NCBI GenBank assembly: GCA_002269645.1
Contig: NIVC01000126.1
Location: forward strand, 124,001 to 188,000
Direction of reading: 5' to 3'
Source of the DNA: Macrostomum lignano
Lineage: Eukaryota
DNA length: 64,000 nt
The notes beneath the pieces were generated by a model. The model saw only the letters and a program-made list of their open reading frames with translations, was not told where the DNA came from and did no database searches. Position numbers and translations under genes: made by a program. This document shows, in pieces, positions 48,344 to 59,817 of the stretch. The first letter of the stretch is position 1, and each line of letters starts with the position of its first letter.

Positions 48344-48883
48344 ATGTACAGCGATTCCAACGCTCAGCCAACAGGCATTTACAATAATCGTAGCAGCGGT
48401 GTTAACCCAGCCAATCCTGACGGCAGCCAATCGGATCAATTAGCCAATCAGCGCCAGGCAGGGGGCAGGCAGTTAGAATATCGGGGCAGCTACAGCGTAC
48501 TGCCAGCCAATAGTGAGCGGCGACAATTAAATCAACAAATAGCTGAACGGGAGAGCCAACAGTTAGCCGCCTATGTAGAAGCTAATAGACCGGCGCCTTT
48601 CACTCAACAATTAGGCGGCGGCGGCGGTGAAACATCAAGCGGCAGTCTTCGTCGGTCTTTTATTGAGCAGCAAGAGGCCGAGATGAAGCGTAGGAAGCTG
48701 GCTAAATACGAGAGAGCAACGAAAAATATTAAATCTATGTCCGGCGGTAGGCCGCTGTCTGGCGAAGCTGATAAGACATCAAAGGAGCCGCCAAAGCAGC
48801 AATCATCGACTGAACAACGGCGTGATCAAATGCGTCAGGCAAATGCCGCCTTTTTGGATCGGGTTGCTTCGTCTAGAAAATAG
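48344..48883 (+). CDS. EPSTI1: EPSTI1-like coiled-coil protein
   Basis: YRGSYSVLPANSERRQLNQQIAERESQQLAAYVEANRP..QQLGG resembles the EPSTI1 core as recalled. The ATG at 48344 follows an AG acceptor-like site. Confidence 0.55.
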   Translation: MYSDSNAQPTGIYNNRSSGVNPANPDGSQSDQLANQRQAGGRQLEYRGSYSVLPANSERRQLNQQIAERESQQLAAYVEANRPAPFTQQLGGGGGETSSGSLRRSFIEQQEAEMKRRKLAKYERATKNIKSMSGGRPLSGEADKTSKEPPKQQSSTEQRRDQMRQANAAFLDRVASSRK

Positions 48884-48959
48884 GATGCTTACTTTTTTTC
48901 AGTGTTACTTCAAAATTGTAAAAACTGTTTTGAAATGACTACCTAATGTAAAATTGGCC

Positions 48960-49460
48960 TGTGTGGTCTTTGTCACTGACAATAACTGGCCTCTCAATCT
49001 CTGTAGTCTTTGTCACCCTGACAATAACCGGTCTCTCTCTGTAGTCTTTGTCACCCTGACAATAACCGGCCTCTCTCTGTAGTCTTTGTCACCCTGACAA
49101 TAACCGGCCTCTCTCTGTAGTCTTTGTCACCCTGACAATAACCGGCCTCTCAATCTGTGTAGTCTTTGTCACCCTGACAATAACCGGCCTCTCAATCTGT
49201 GTAGTCTTTGTCACCCTGACAATAACCGGTCTCTCTCTGTAGTCTTTGTCACCCTGACAATAACCGGCCTCTCTCTGTAGTCTTTGTCACCCTGACAATA
49301 ACCGGCCTCTCTCTGTAGTCTTTGTCACACTAACAATAACCGGCCTATCAGTATTTGTAGTATTTGTCACCCTGACAATAACCGGCGTCTTAATCTCTGG
49401 TACTCTTTTCCACCCTGACAATAACTGGCCTCTCAATCTCTGTAGTCTTTGTCACCCTGA
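48960..49460 (+). repeat. 38-41-bp minisatellite (GTAGTCTTTGTCACCCTGACAATAACCGGCCTCTCTCT)
   Basis: Direct reading. Confidence 0.9.
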
Positions 49461-50162
49461 AAGTCAAAATCTGTAAATCTAGTAATTTTATCTGTTTTTT
49501 CGATTTGCAAATTTCTCTTACAATAAATCCTAGTATTTAGGTCTGTTTGATCTAATTAAAGTTATCTTTTAGTTTGTATTTTCTGTTCAGTCATCCCAGT
49601 AGTCCTGCATAACTTGATTTTATAATTCGATCATAGTTTGCAACCAATAAGCGGTAAAAAGCATTGCCAAAATTCCTATTGTGCCCAGTATGATACGGTC
49701 TGGATAAACAATTTTATTACGCATTTTCTTTATCGCCTACTCAAAGTTGAACACTGTCTTTAATAAGCACATTTTAAAAAGAAAATATTTTTTCTCTATA
49801 AACATTTTATTTGCAGATTTGCCTAATTTGATATAATAATCTGATAGATCGTGTCAGTGTATGTACGCTCGTATTTTCAGTCTATTTTTGTCCTGCTAAA
49901 ACTGAAAAGATCACCCTGTAAACATTTTATCAAAAATCACCATGCTGCTATTTTTATATAAAACAAGTTTAAAATTAAAAGTTCAGTTTCAACAGAATAG
50001 AATTAACCCGTAGCTTCTTGTTTTTTGTATTTTTTTCTAAATTTCTTTACTTTTTCAGTTAGTTTTATACTACTGACTTAAGCGATCATAGTAAGTAGTA
50101 TCGATAAAAACAATTTCTTTATTTTTTGCATGCTCAGTGCAAACTCTATCGGACACGCAATC

Positions 50163-51424
50163 ATGCCTCTGTTTGGAAAGGAACCCGATCTAACAGAAAC
50201 ATTGTTTAATCTTCGCATGACTAATAAACAGTTGTCTCGACTGGCTGCCAAAGCTGAGAAGGAGCAGGCTAAAGAACAGGTGAGAATTTTTATTTTCTTC
50301 ACTTGACCAGCATATATTTTTTCATTTTTGCCGCTATTAACGAAGGATACCATTAAACGCTAATTATTGTACTTACTTGCGGTGCAAATATTGACAGTAG
50401 TATATGCTATTAACCAAAAATTGTGAAATAATTCCCTATTTTAAACAGGCCAAAGTTAAGAAAGCGTTACAGCAGCGCAACGTCGAAGGCGCTCGAATCT
50501 ATGCCGAGAATGCCATCAGAAAGAAGAACGAATCGCTTAATTATCTCCGGTTTGCTGCCCGCATTGACGCTGTAGCTGCTAGAGTGCAAACTGCCCAAAC
50601 TATGAAGGGCGTTACTAAAAATATTGGACAGGTACGATTGATGTTTATACATTTCTATCTTCATAAGAGTAAAGGAAAATATATTAAACAAACGAATTAT
50701 CTTTATTTTAACAGAATACTGTTAAATGTATTTAACAGTATTTAACAGTTAATTATACTGTTAAAAAAGCCGATATGTATCGAAAAATGCTTTGTAGGGC
50801 AATTTTTAATTGAAATTATATTATATAACTTATGTTTAATCTAACAGTAGTTTATCTGTATCTGTGCCCGAAATGTAGCGTAAATTATTTTGTAGGGAAC
50901 AATTATATAATCTTACTGTAGCTTCTATTCCATCTTCTACACTTAGTTTGTGTTTTAAGTTGCCACGTAAGATGGCCGATATGTAGGGTAAATAACTTAA
51001 GTAAGCGAATTTTATATCAAATTAGTATTTTGATTACCAGTATGTAGCATAATTTAAGACCATAGCAACCGTTGCTGTTCCTTTAATCTAGGTAACCAAA
51101 GACCTAGAGCGAGCCATGTCCAGCATGAACCTGGAGGAGGTCGAAAAGGTGATGGGCAAATTCGAGAAAACATTCGAAGATTTAGACGTTCGCACGCAGA
51201 CTGTAGAATCGTCTATGGGCAATGCGATGACGCTAAGCGCCCCGGAGGATCAGGTGAGCTCCCTGATTCAACAGGTGGCCGACGAGAACGGGCTGGAGGT
51301 GGCCGACCAATTGGCCGGGCTCGAACCGGCCGCCGGAGCCACCCCGGGGGCCGCGTCAGCCCAGTCCGAGGAGCGGAAGCGCGAGGACGCGCTCAACAAG
51401 CGACTGGCTCAGTTGCGCCAGTGA
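50163..51424 (+). CDS. CHMP1A: ESCRT-III subunit CHMP1 (closest to CHMP1A), 3 exons
   Basis: Exons 50163-50279, 50449-50631 and 51092-51424, all phase 0. [51 protein letters not shown] and a MIM1-like [10 protein letters not shown]. Confidence 0.92.
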
Positions 51425-51634
51425 GGAGGCCTTCGCGGCGATCTGTGATGTGCCATTGTTCTCTAATCTGGCCTCAGTCACGCTTGTGAATAAGAGATTT
51501 CTGCTTCTATACATATTGACTATAAATGAATCTGCTTATATGTAATATCTACATGGAACAATATTAAACTGATGTATCATTATTTTCTTGTTATTCAGTT
51601 TTTTGTAAATTTGGGAGCTGCAGCTGTGATGGGG

Positions 51635-51666
51635 AGACAGACAGACAGACAGACAGACAGGCAGAC

Positions 51667-51714
<48 letters not shown>

Positions 51715-51925
51715 GCAGACAGACAGACAGACAGACAGGCAGACAGACAGACAGACAGACAGACAGGCAGACAGACAGACAGACAGACAGGTAGACAGGT
51801 AGACAGGTAGACAGACAGGTAGACAGACAGACAGACAGACAGGTAGACAGGTAGACAGGTAGACAGGTAGACAGACAGGTAGACAGACAGACAGACAGAC
51901 AGACAGACCGACAGACAGACAGACC

Positions 51926-51977
<52 letters not shown>

Positions 51978-52008
51978 CAAAGACAGACAGACAGACACAA
52001 AGACAGAC
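51635..52008 (+). repeat. (GACA)n microsatellite
   Basis: Direct reading. Confidence 0.95.
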
Positions 52009-52704
52009 TATCCGAGTCCTTAATTAAAGTAATTTAATAGTACATCAACTTCTGTTTTAATATACAAAACATCAAAAACTAGACAAAAATAATTTTTGGT
52101 TGTGACTTTTTATGTTTCCAAATAGCAGAAAACAGTCTGCTTATAATTTTTATAAATTTTGAGAAAAAAAATAATGTTTTTTTTTAACTTAAACTGCTTT
52201 CAATGTGTTTAAATGCACACACTTCATTTCGATTCTTAAATTAATAAGTGCATGCAGAAATTCTAAGTAGATGCTATAATATTTATCTCTGTATTTTGCT
52301 ATTTATATGCCTAACTTACTACTACAGTTTTGTGATTTTTTCATCTAACCAGTAATTTTCTCTTATTGGTATTGACATGTGCTTTTCTTGTAGGTGTTCC
52401 TGTGCCGTTGGATAAATTGAACTGTATAATTTTATTATTATTATTAATATTATTATTACTGCCATCTAGTTGTGTGTGTGCATCATCTACACAGGCAACT
52501 CCCCTATATATTTCAATCAGTTTTTGGCTACCTGCGCGCTGCAAAAACTTAAAGTATAGCTACGTGCGTAAATAATTTTTCAACAGAGTTGAACATAATT
52601 TTATTTTATAAACTAACTGTCTTTACGCTTTCATTGCCGAAACATAATGAGAATGTGCTGTATACTCTCTGAAGAAAGTCTGAAGAAAGAGTGGGAAAGT
52701 CATT

Positions 52705-54555
52705 GTGGGTGCCCCTGTCTTTTTGGTGGGCGCCCCTGTCTCCTATAGGTGGGCGCCCCTGTCTCCTATAGGTGGGCGCCCCTGTCTCCTAGGTGGGCGC
52801 CCCTGTCTCCTAGGTGGGCGCCCTGTCTCCTGGTGGGCGCCCCTGTCTCCTATAGGTGAGCGCCCCTGTCTCTTTGGTGGGTGCCCCTGTCTCCTTGGTG
52901 GGCGCCCCTGTCTCCTTGGTGGGCGCCCCTGTCTCCTAGGTGGGGCCCTCGTCTTCTTGGTGGGCGCCCCTGTCTCCTATAGGTGGACGCCCCTGTCTCC
53001 TAGATGGGCGCCCCTGTCTCCTGGTGGGCGCCCCTGTCTTCTATAGGTGAGCGCCCCTGTCTCTTTGGTGGGTGCCCCTGTCTCCTTGGTGGGCGCCCCT
53101 GTCTCCTAGGTGGGGCCCTCGTCTCCTTGGTGGGCGCCCCTGTCTCCTATAGGTGGGCGCCCCTGTCTCTTTGGTGGGTGCCCCTGTCTCCTAGGTGGGC
53201 GCCCCTGTCTCCTATAGGTGGGCGCCCCTGTCTTCTAGGTGGGCGCCCCTGTCTCCTAGGTGGGTGCCTTTGTCTCCTGGTGGGCGCCCCTGTCTCTTTG
53301 GTGGGTGCCCCTGTCTCCTTGGTGGGCGCCCCTGTCTCCTTGGTGGGCGCCCCTGTCTCCTTGGTGGGCGCCCCTGTCTCCTTGGTGGGCGCCCCTGTCT
53401 CCTGGTGAGCGCCCCTGTCTCTTTGTGGGCGCCCCTGTCTCCTATAGGTGGGCGCCCCTGTCTCCTATAGGTGGGCGCCCCTGTCTCCTAGGTGGGCGCC
53501 CCTGTCTCCTTGGTGGGCGCCCCTGTCTCCTAAAGGTGGGCGCCCCTGTCTCCTGGTGAGCGCCCCTGTCTCTTTGTGGGCGCCCCTGTCTCCTATAGGT
53601 GGGCGCCCCTGTCTCCTATAGGTGGGCGCCCCTGTCTCCTAGGTGGGTGCCCCTGTCTCCTTGGTGGGCGCCCCTGTCTCCTAGGTGGGGCCCTTGTCTC
53701 CTTGGTGGGCGCCCCTGTCTCCTATAGGTGGGCGCCCCTGTCTCCTAGGTGGGGCCCTCGTCTCCTTGGTGGGCGCCCCTGTCTCCTATAGGTGGGCGCC
53801 CCTGTCTCCTAGGTGGGGCCCTCGTCTCCTTGGTGGGCGCCCCTGTCTCCTATAGGTGGGCGCCCCTGTCTCCTAGGTGGGCGCCCCTGTCTCCTATAGG
53901 TGGGCGCCCCTGTCTCCTGGTGAGCGCCCCTGTCTCTTTGTGGGCGCCCCTGTCTCCTATAGGTGGGCGCCCCTGTCTCCTATAGTTGGGCGCCCCTGTC
54001 TCCTAGGTGGGCGCCCCTGTCTCCTTAGTGGGCGCCCCTGTCTCCTATAGGTGGGCGCCCCTGTCTCCTGGTGAGCGCCCCTGTCTCTTTGGTGGGTGCC
54101 CCTGTCTTCTTGGTGGGCGCCCCTGTCTCCTATAGGTGGGCGCCCCTGTCTCCTGGTGAGCGCCCCTGTCTCTTTGGTGGGTGCCCCTGTCTCCTTGGTG
54201 GGCGCCCCTGTCTCCTTGGTGGGTGCCCCTGTCTCCTTGGTGGGCGCCCCTGTCTCCTTGGTGGGCGCCCCTGTCTCCTTGGTGGGCGCCCCTGTCTCCT
54301 ATAGGTGGGCGCCCCTGTCTCCTGGTGAGCGCCCCTGTCTCCTTGGTGGGTGCCCCTGTCTCCTTGGTGGGTGCCCCTGTCTCCTTGGTGGGCGCCCCTG
54401 TCTCCTTGGTGGGCGCCCCTGTCTCCTATAGGTGGGCGCCCCTGTCTCCTGGTGAGCGCCCCTGTCTCTTTGGTGGGCGCCCCTGTCTCCTTGGTGGGCG
54501 CCCCTGTCTCCTGGTGAGCGCCCCTGTCTCTTTGGTGGGCGCCCCTGTCTCTGGT
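52705..54555 (+). repeat. GC-rich 21-23-bp minisatellite (GGTGGGCGCCCCTGTCTCCT[A/T]), ~1.85 kb
   Basis: Direct reading. Confidence 0.95.
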
Positions 54556-54968
54556 GGCCCATTCCGCTGACATGCTATCACAGGCTGTGCAGGGAGAAGA
54601 GAACGGAGAAAAGAAAAAAGAGACGAGAGAAGAGAGCTGAGAAGAGACACAAACCTTGAGCGGGCCGGATTGCTATTGTGAAGTTTCAAAGGACCCGAGG
54701 GCGGGATGGAGAGGCTTCGTGGGCCGAAATTGGCCGACCCCCAGATTAAAGGTTTAGATTAGGGTTTAAGATTCGGTTTAGTTTAGTTTTATGATATAGT
54801 TTAGACACAGGATAGGTTTTATTCAATAAGTTAGAGTTTAGGTTAAGCGTTAGTTTAGGCAGTCAAATTTTCGATAGTTAAGCTGCGCACTAACCGCGGC
54901 CAGCTCTGCTTAACTTGAAGCGCTAGACCAACTTGGCTGGCCTAATAAAGCAATCAACTCATTTATTG

Positions 54969-55441
54969 ATGAAAATGCCAGAAGAAGCTGCAGCTGAGAA
55001 AAGTTCATCTCAGGCAACAGCAGAGGCAGCAGAGTCTTCTATGACAGCTGTTGAGCAGTCAACCGCAGCAGCCGCAGCTCCGCCATCCGGCGGTCTCAGC
55101 GTCCTCCAATTAGAGATGAAATTCCAGCACCGGTTCACCGAGCAGGATCCGGACTTTCAGGCCTGTTGGAATCGCGAGAAATCGCCAACACCCCCGTGGT
55201 GACCCGCTGGTACCGGAATCCCCGGCGGCAGTACGACTGGACTAGCGAGGGTCGGCGGCATCAGCAGCGCCAGCGTTACCATGGCAACCACAGAGGCGAC
55301 AGTCGAGACGGCGATTATTATCAACGCAACGAACCGTCGAGAAATATTGCCGCCGGTGTTAAACGAGACAGTCGTCATTTCGATAGGAATAACGGAGACA
55401 ATTCCAGTGGATCCGCTAGCAAGTCCTATCGACGCTACTAA
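54969..55441 (+). CDS. RAMAC: RNMT-activating mini protein (RAM/FAM103A1)-like gene interrupted by a 1-nt frameshift at C5 (55191-55195)
   Basis: Frame A gives LEMKFQHRFTEQDPDFQACWNREKSPTPP. Frame B continues VVTRW followed by an R/N/G/Y-rich tail. Together they resemble human [33 protein letters not shown] plus its NR-rich tail. Confidence 0.75.
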
Positions 55442-55579
55442 TAGTAATAATGTGGATTAATCTTTGTAATTTAATATATCTAAGGAGAATTTATCACGCA
55501 TTCGAAACTTTGAAAGCCCTATTTGCTCTGCGTTAAATATTTATATACTCATATAGAAATATACTCATACTCTCTTCAC

Positions 55580-56600
55580 AAAATGTGGCTCCCTACGATT
55601 TCTTAGCGCGTGTCCTCTTACAGATGTGGCTCCCTACGATTTTTAGCGCGTGTCCTCTTACAGATGTGGCTCCCTACGATTTTTAGCGCGTGTCCTCTTA
55701 CAGATGTGGCTCCCTACGATTTTTAGCGCGTGTCCTCTTACAGATGTGGCTCCCTACGATTTTTAGCGCGTGTCCTCTTACAGATGTGGCTCCCTACGAT
55801 TTCTTAGCGCGTGTCCTCTTACAGATGTGGCTCCCTACGATTTCTTAGCGCGTGTCCTCTTACAGATGTGGCTCCCTACGATTTTTAGCGCGTGTCCTCT
55901 TACAGATGTGGCTCCCTACGATTTTTAGCGCGTGTCCTCTTACAGATGTGGCTCCCTACGATTTTTAGCGCGTGTCCTCTTACAGATGTGGCTCCCTACG
56001 ATTTTTAGCGCGTGTCCTCTTACAGATGTGGCTCCCTACGATTTCTTAGCGCGTGTCCTCTTACAGATGTGACTCCCTACGATTTCTTAGCGCGTGTCCT
56101 CTTACAGATGTGGCTCCCTACGATTTCTTAGCGCGTGCCCTCTTACAGATGTGGCTCCCTACGATTTTTAGCGCGTGTCCTCTTACAGATGTGGCTCCCT
56201 ACGATTTTTAGCGCGTGTCCTCTTACAGATGTGGCTCCCTACGATTTCTTAGCGCGTGTCCTCTTACAGATGTGGCTCCCTACGATTTCTTAGCGCGTGT
56301 CGTCTTAAAGATGTGGCTCCCTACGATTTCTTAGAACATGTCCTCTTTCCGAAAATGTGGCTCTCTACGCTCTCTCTTAGAATATATTCTCTTCCACAGA
56401 TGTGCTTTTCTTCGATTTTTAGCACAAATAATCTTTTACAGATGTGGCTCCCTACAATTTCTTGAAACATGTCATCTTCCGAAAATTTGGCTCTCTACAG
56501 TCTCTTAAATGTACTCTCTTCCACAAATTTGACTCCCTTATAAGGATATACGATTTTTTCAGCACATATTCTATTTTACAGATGTAGCTCCTTACGATCT
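55580..56600 (+). repeat. 40/41-bp minisatellite (CAGATGTGGCTCCCTACGATTTTTAGCGCGTGTCCTCTTA)
   Basis: Homogeneous centre with degenerate edges. Confidence 0.95.
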
Positions 56601-57044
56601 AAAAGCTACTTCTTCCTTAAATGTGCCTGTGTCATCTTCCATAAATGTGGCTCTCTACGAACTCTTAGAACTCTCAACAATCTGCGAAGCTCCTATGATT
56701 AAGAGTATGTAAATTTTCTACATGCAATCATTATTGTATTTAAACATCGTATTTGCCTGTCCATATGAATCGTGCTTCGCAAATGCATTTCCTGTACTTT
56801 ACTTGAGGATAATGATTTGCTTATGAAAAATTGCTAACTTGAAAAATCGCATAAAAGGTACATTAATAAATTAAATTCTTATCAAAAGTGGCTGCTAAAA
56901 CTTGTGTTTGAGTATGATGTTCTAAATATACTACTTAATTACTGTATTATTGAAATGTTTGTTTGAAATCAATTTAACAAAATTTCGATAGAGAATCAAC
57001 TGTCTTTTTGATTTTAAAAATCAAAACTCGTCTTGCCAGATATC

Positions 57045-57640
57045 TTCTCACTTTCAGATCTCTTCTCACCAAATCTCTCATCTCAGTCTCTGATCTATTC
57101 TCACCAAATCTCTTATCTTAGTTTCAGATCTCTTCTCATCAAATCTCTCATCTGAGTTTCAGATCTCTTCTCATCAAATCTCTCATCTGAGTTTCATTTC
57201 CTCTTATCAAATCTCTCATCTGAGTTTCAGATCTCTTCTCGCCAAGTCTCACGTCTCAGATCTCATCTCACCAAATCTCTCATCTCAATCTCAGATCTCA
57301 TCTCACCAAATCTCTCATCTCAATCTCAGATCTCTTCTCGCCAAGTCTCTCATCTCAGTTTCAGATCTCTTCTCACCAATTCTCACATCTCTCACTAAAT
57401 CTCTCATCTAAATCTCAGATCTCCTCTCACTAAATCTCTCGTCTCAGTTTCAGATGTCTTCTCGCCAAGTCTCACATCTCATTCTCAAATCTCTTCTCAC
57501 CAAATCTCACATTTGAGTTTCAGATGTCCTCTCACTAAATCTCTCATCTCAGTTTTAGATCTCTTTTCGCCAAGTCTCTCATATCAGTCTCAGCCTCAGA
57601 TCTCCTCTCACTAAATCACTCCCCAGTCTCGCATCTCGTC
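57045..57640 (+). repeat. Degenerate pyrimidine-rich ~30-bp minisatellite (TCTCAGATCTCTTCTCACCAAATCTCTCA)
   Basis: Direct reading. Confidence 0.85.
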
Positions 57641-57696
57641 TCAGCAATAATGTTTCTAATTAACCTAGATTATCTTAAAACTTGTCGGCTCGCTGC

Positions 57697-58512
57697 ATGG
57701 CCCCTGTACAGCCTCTGGTTCGCAATCGGAAACAGTTAGAATCGCTGCTGCAACAGGTGCCAACATTTGCTAATCCTCAATCGCGTTGGGAGCAATACGC
57801 CACGCCTGGCGAGGTGGCTGCCAGCTGGCTGTACGATGCCAAGATGCGCTGGAATTGCTTCACTGCCGAGCAGTCCGTATTGGATCTGGGCTGCGGTCCC
57901 GGCGCCCTCATGACCGGCTGTCTGGCTTTGGGCTCCGGTTACGTGTGCGGAGTCGATATTGACAGCGACTCGCTTGATCTCTGCCGCTCCAACTTGATGG
58001 AGCTGTTTTCACCTGGCAATGATGATGATGATAATGACGTATCAGCGAACTGGGATCTGCTGCAGGCGGATGTGACTCGCCTGTCGGCTGGACTGGTTCA
58101 TCAAAGACAGTTCGATGTGGTTGTGACCAATCCACCGTTTGGCACTTACAGCGACGCGAAACTCAGTCACAAAAGCAATAGTAATAGGAGGAACAGGAAA
58201 GCAGGACAATCAACATCATCGAAAGGAATTGATATTGCTTTTTTAGAAGCCGGTATTGCCGCTTCTTGTGGGTTAGTGTTCTCGTTGCACAAAACTGCCA
58301 CAATGCCATTTGTGATGCATCGCGCGAGGCAGGCCTGCGCTCGGAAGCTGATGAGCAGCGATGACGTTGCTAGCGCTATGGTGGAAGGTCGCGACTATAG
58401 CGTCAGTCAGGTTGCTAATCTGCGATATAATCTAAACAGATCGTACAACCATCATCTTAAGGAGTCCAAAGATATTGAGGTCAGCATCTTGGAGGTTGCC
58501 TTCCTCAGATGA
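57697..58512 (+). CDS. METTL5: rRNA N6-adenosine methyltransferase METTL5, intronless
   Basis: KQLESLLQQV..F..P....EQYATP.EVAA, VLDLGCGPG, GVDID, VVTNPPF, SLHK and LRYNL.RSYNHH.K.SKDIEV. Confidence 0.92.
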   Translation: MAPVQPLVRNRKQLESLLQQVPTFANPQSRWEQYATPGEVAASWLYDAKMRWNCFTAEQSVLDLGCGPGALMTGCLALGSGYVCGVDIDSDSLDLCRSNLMELFSPGNDDDDNDVSANWDLLQADVTRLSAGLVHQRQFDVVVTNPPFGTYSDAKLSHKSNSNRRNRKAGQSTSSKGIDIAFLEAGIAASCGLVFSLHKTATMPFVMHRARQACARKLMSSDDVASAMVEGRDYSVSQVANLRYNLNRSYNHHLKESKDIEVSILEVAFLR

Positions 58513-58957
58513 CTATTCAATTTTAGCACGAAGGACTACTGGAAGTTACTGTTTTATCAGGATTTATTTGAACGCTCAGATAAAGAATGTATCTTAGCTC
58601 ACTGTGGAAGATTCAATTTAGACTACTGAGAAAAGTAGACGAATAAAGATTTGAATCGTAAAATCCCTCACGTAGCCCTGAAAAAGTTGCTACGAAAGAA
58701 ACGTCTGTGCACACCACGGATAGTAAAATAACTAGTAGTTATTTTAGTATCTCTGATTCTGATTAAATAGTAACTTTAGCGATTCTTGGTTATTCCTCGG
58801 TGGTCTACTGAATGTTTTTGAATCTTATATATGATTGCGCATTTAAATAAACAAATTTACATCCGCTAATAATTGCTCGCGGTTTGAATTTTACTTCCGA
58901 CTGGAATTAATAAAGAAACCTGTCTTGATTTTACTGTTTTAAATTTTACCGGTTTGA

Positions 58958-59385
58958 GCTCAGCCAATAAAAGAGCAGTAAAGAGAAAGGTCGGATGTTA
59001 CACGGACGAAACTCAAGCAGGCCCAATCTAGCTCACCCAATGAGAGAGCAGTTAGGAGAGAGGTCAAAGTTAGAAGGACGAAACTCAGTCCAGAGGGGCA
59101 GGCCCAATCTAGCTCAGCCAATGAGAGAGCAGTTAGGAGAGAGGTCAAAGTTAGAAGGACGAAACTCAGTCCAGGAGGGCAGGCCCAATCTAGCTCAGCC
59201 AATGAGAGAGCAGTGAGGAGAGAGGTCAAAGTTAGAAGGACGAAACTCAGTCCAGGAGGGCAGGCCCAATCTAGCTCAGCCAATGAGAGAGCAGTTAGGA
59301 GAGAGGTCAAAGTTAGAAGGACGAAACTCAGTCCAGAGGGGCAGGCCCAATCTAGCTCAGCCAATGAAAGAGCAGTAAGGAGAGC
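58958..59385 (+). repeat. 81-bp tandem repeat (family shared with 45537-45860)
   Basis: GGCAGGCCCAATCTAGCTCAGCCAATGAGAGAGCAG..GGAGAGAGGTCAAAGTTAGAAGGACGAAACTCAG; period 81 (59100, 59181). Confidence 0.9.
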
Positions 59386-59817
59386 GGTCTGGAGTAGTCG
59401 GATGATTTTATTTCATAATTGATGGCGATGATGCTACATGTACTTAGGTACTGCTTGGGAAGCAAGGAGACAAGCTGAATATTCTCTGTTGCACTGAATG
59501 AATTGTGGCTGTGTGCGAAATCAAATATTGACTTTATGGCCTAACAGATCATAAAAAGACTTTAGTACGTTAATGATGCAGAACTTCCATGTCTATGGTA
59601 CACTTTCGTTAGAATTGTGCTCAGAAGCTGTGTATTAATGATTAAATAAGATAAAACTAGAATTAGAAACAGAGCTCATTGAAATTTAACATTCTTTTTT
59701 ATATTACGTGTATATGAAAACATATGGTTTGCGCCTATCAGCGTCCACTTTACAAATTTAATTGGTGTTGAATATGCTGATAAACAAATCATAGTTTTTC
59801 AACCGCGCCTCAATACA

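Noticed and set aside
55580-56330. CRISPR-like appearance of regular 30-40-bp repeats (also 41920 and 62975)
   Set aside because: The units are head-to-tail with no unique spacers, there are no cas genes, and the context is eukaryotic.
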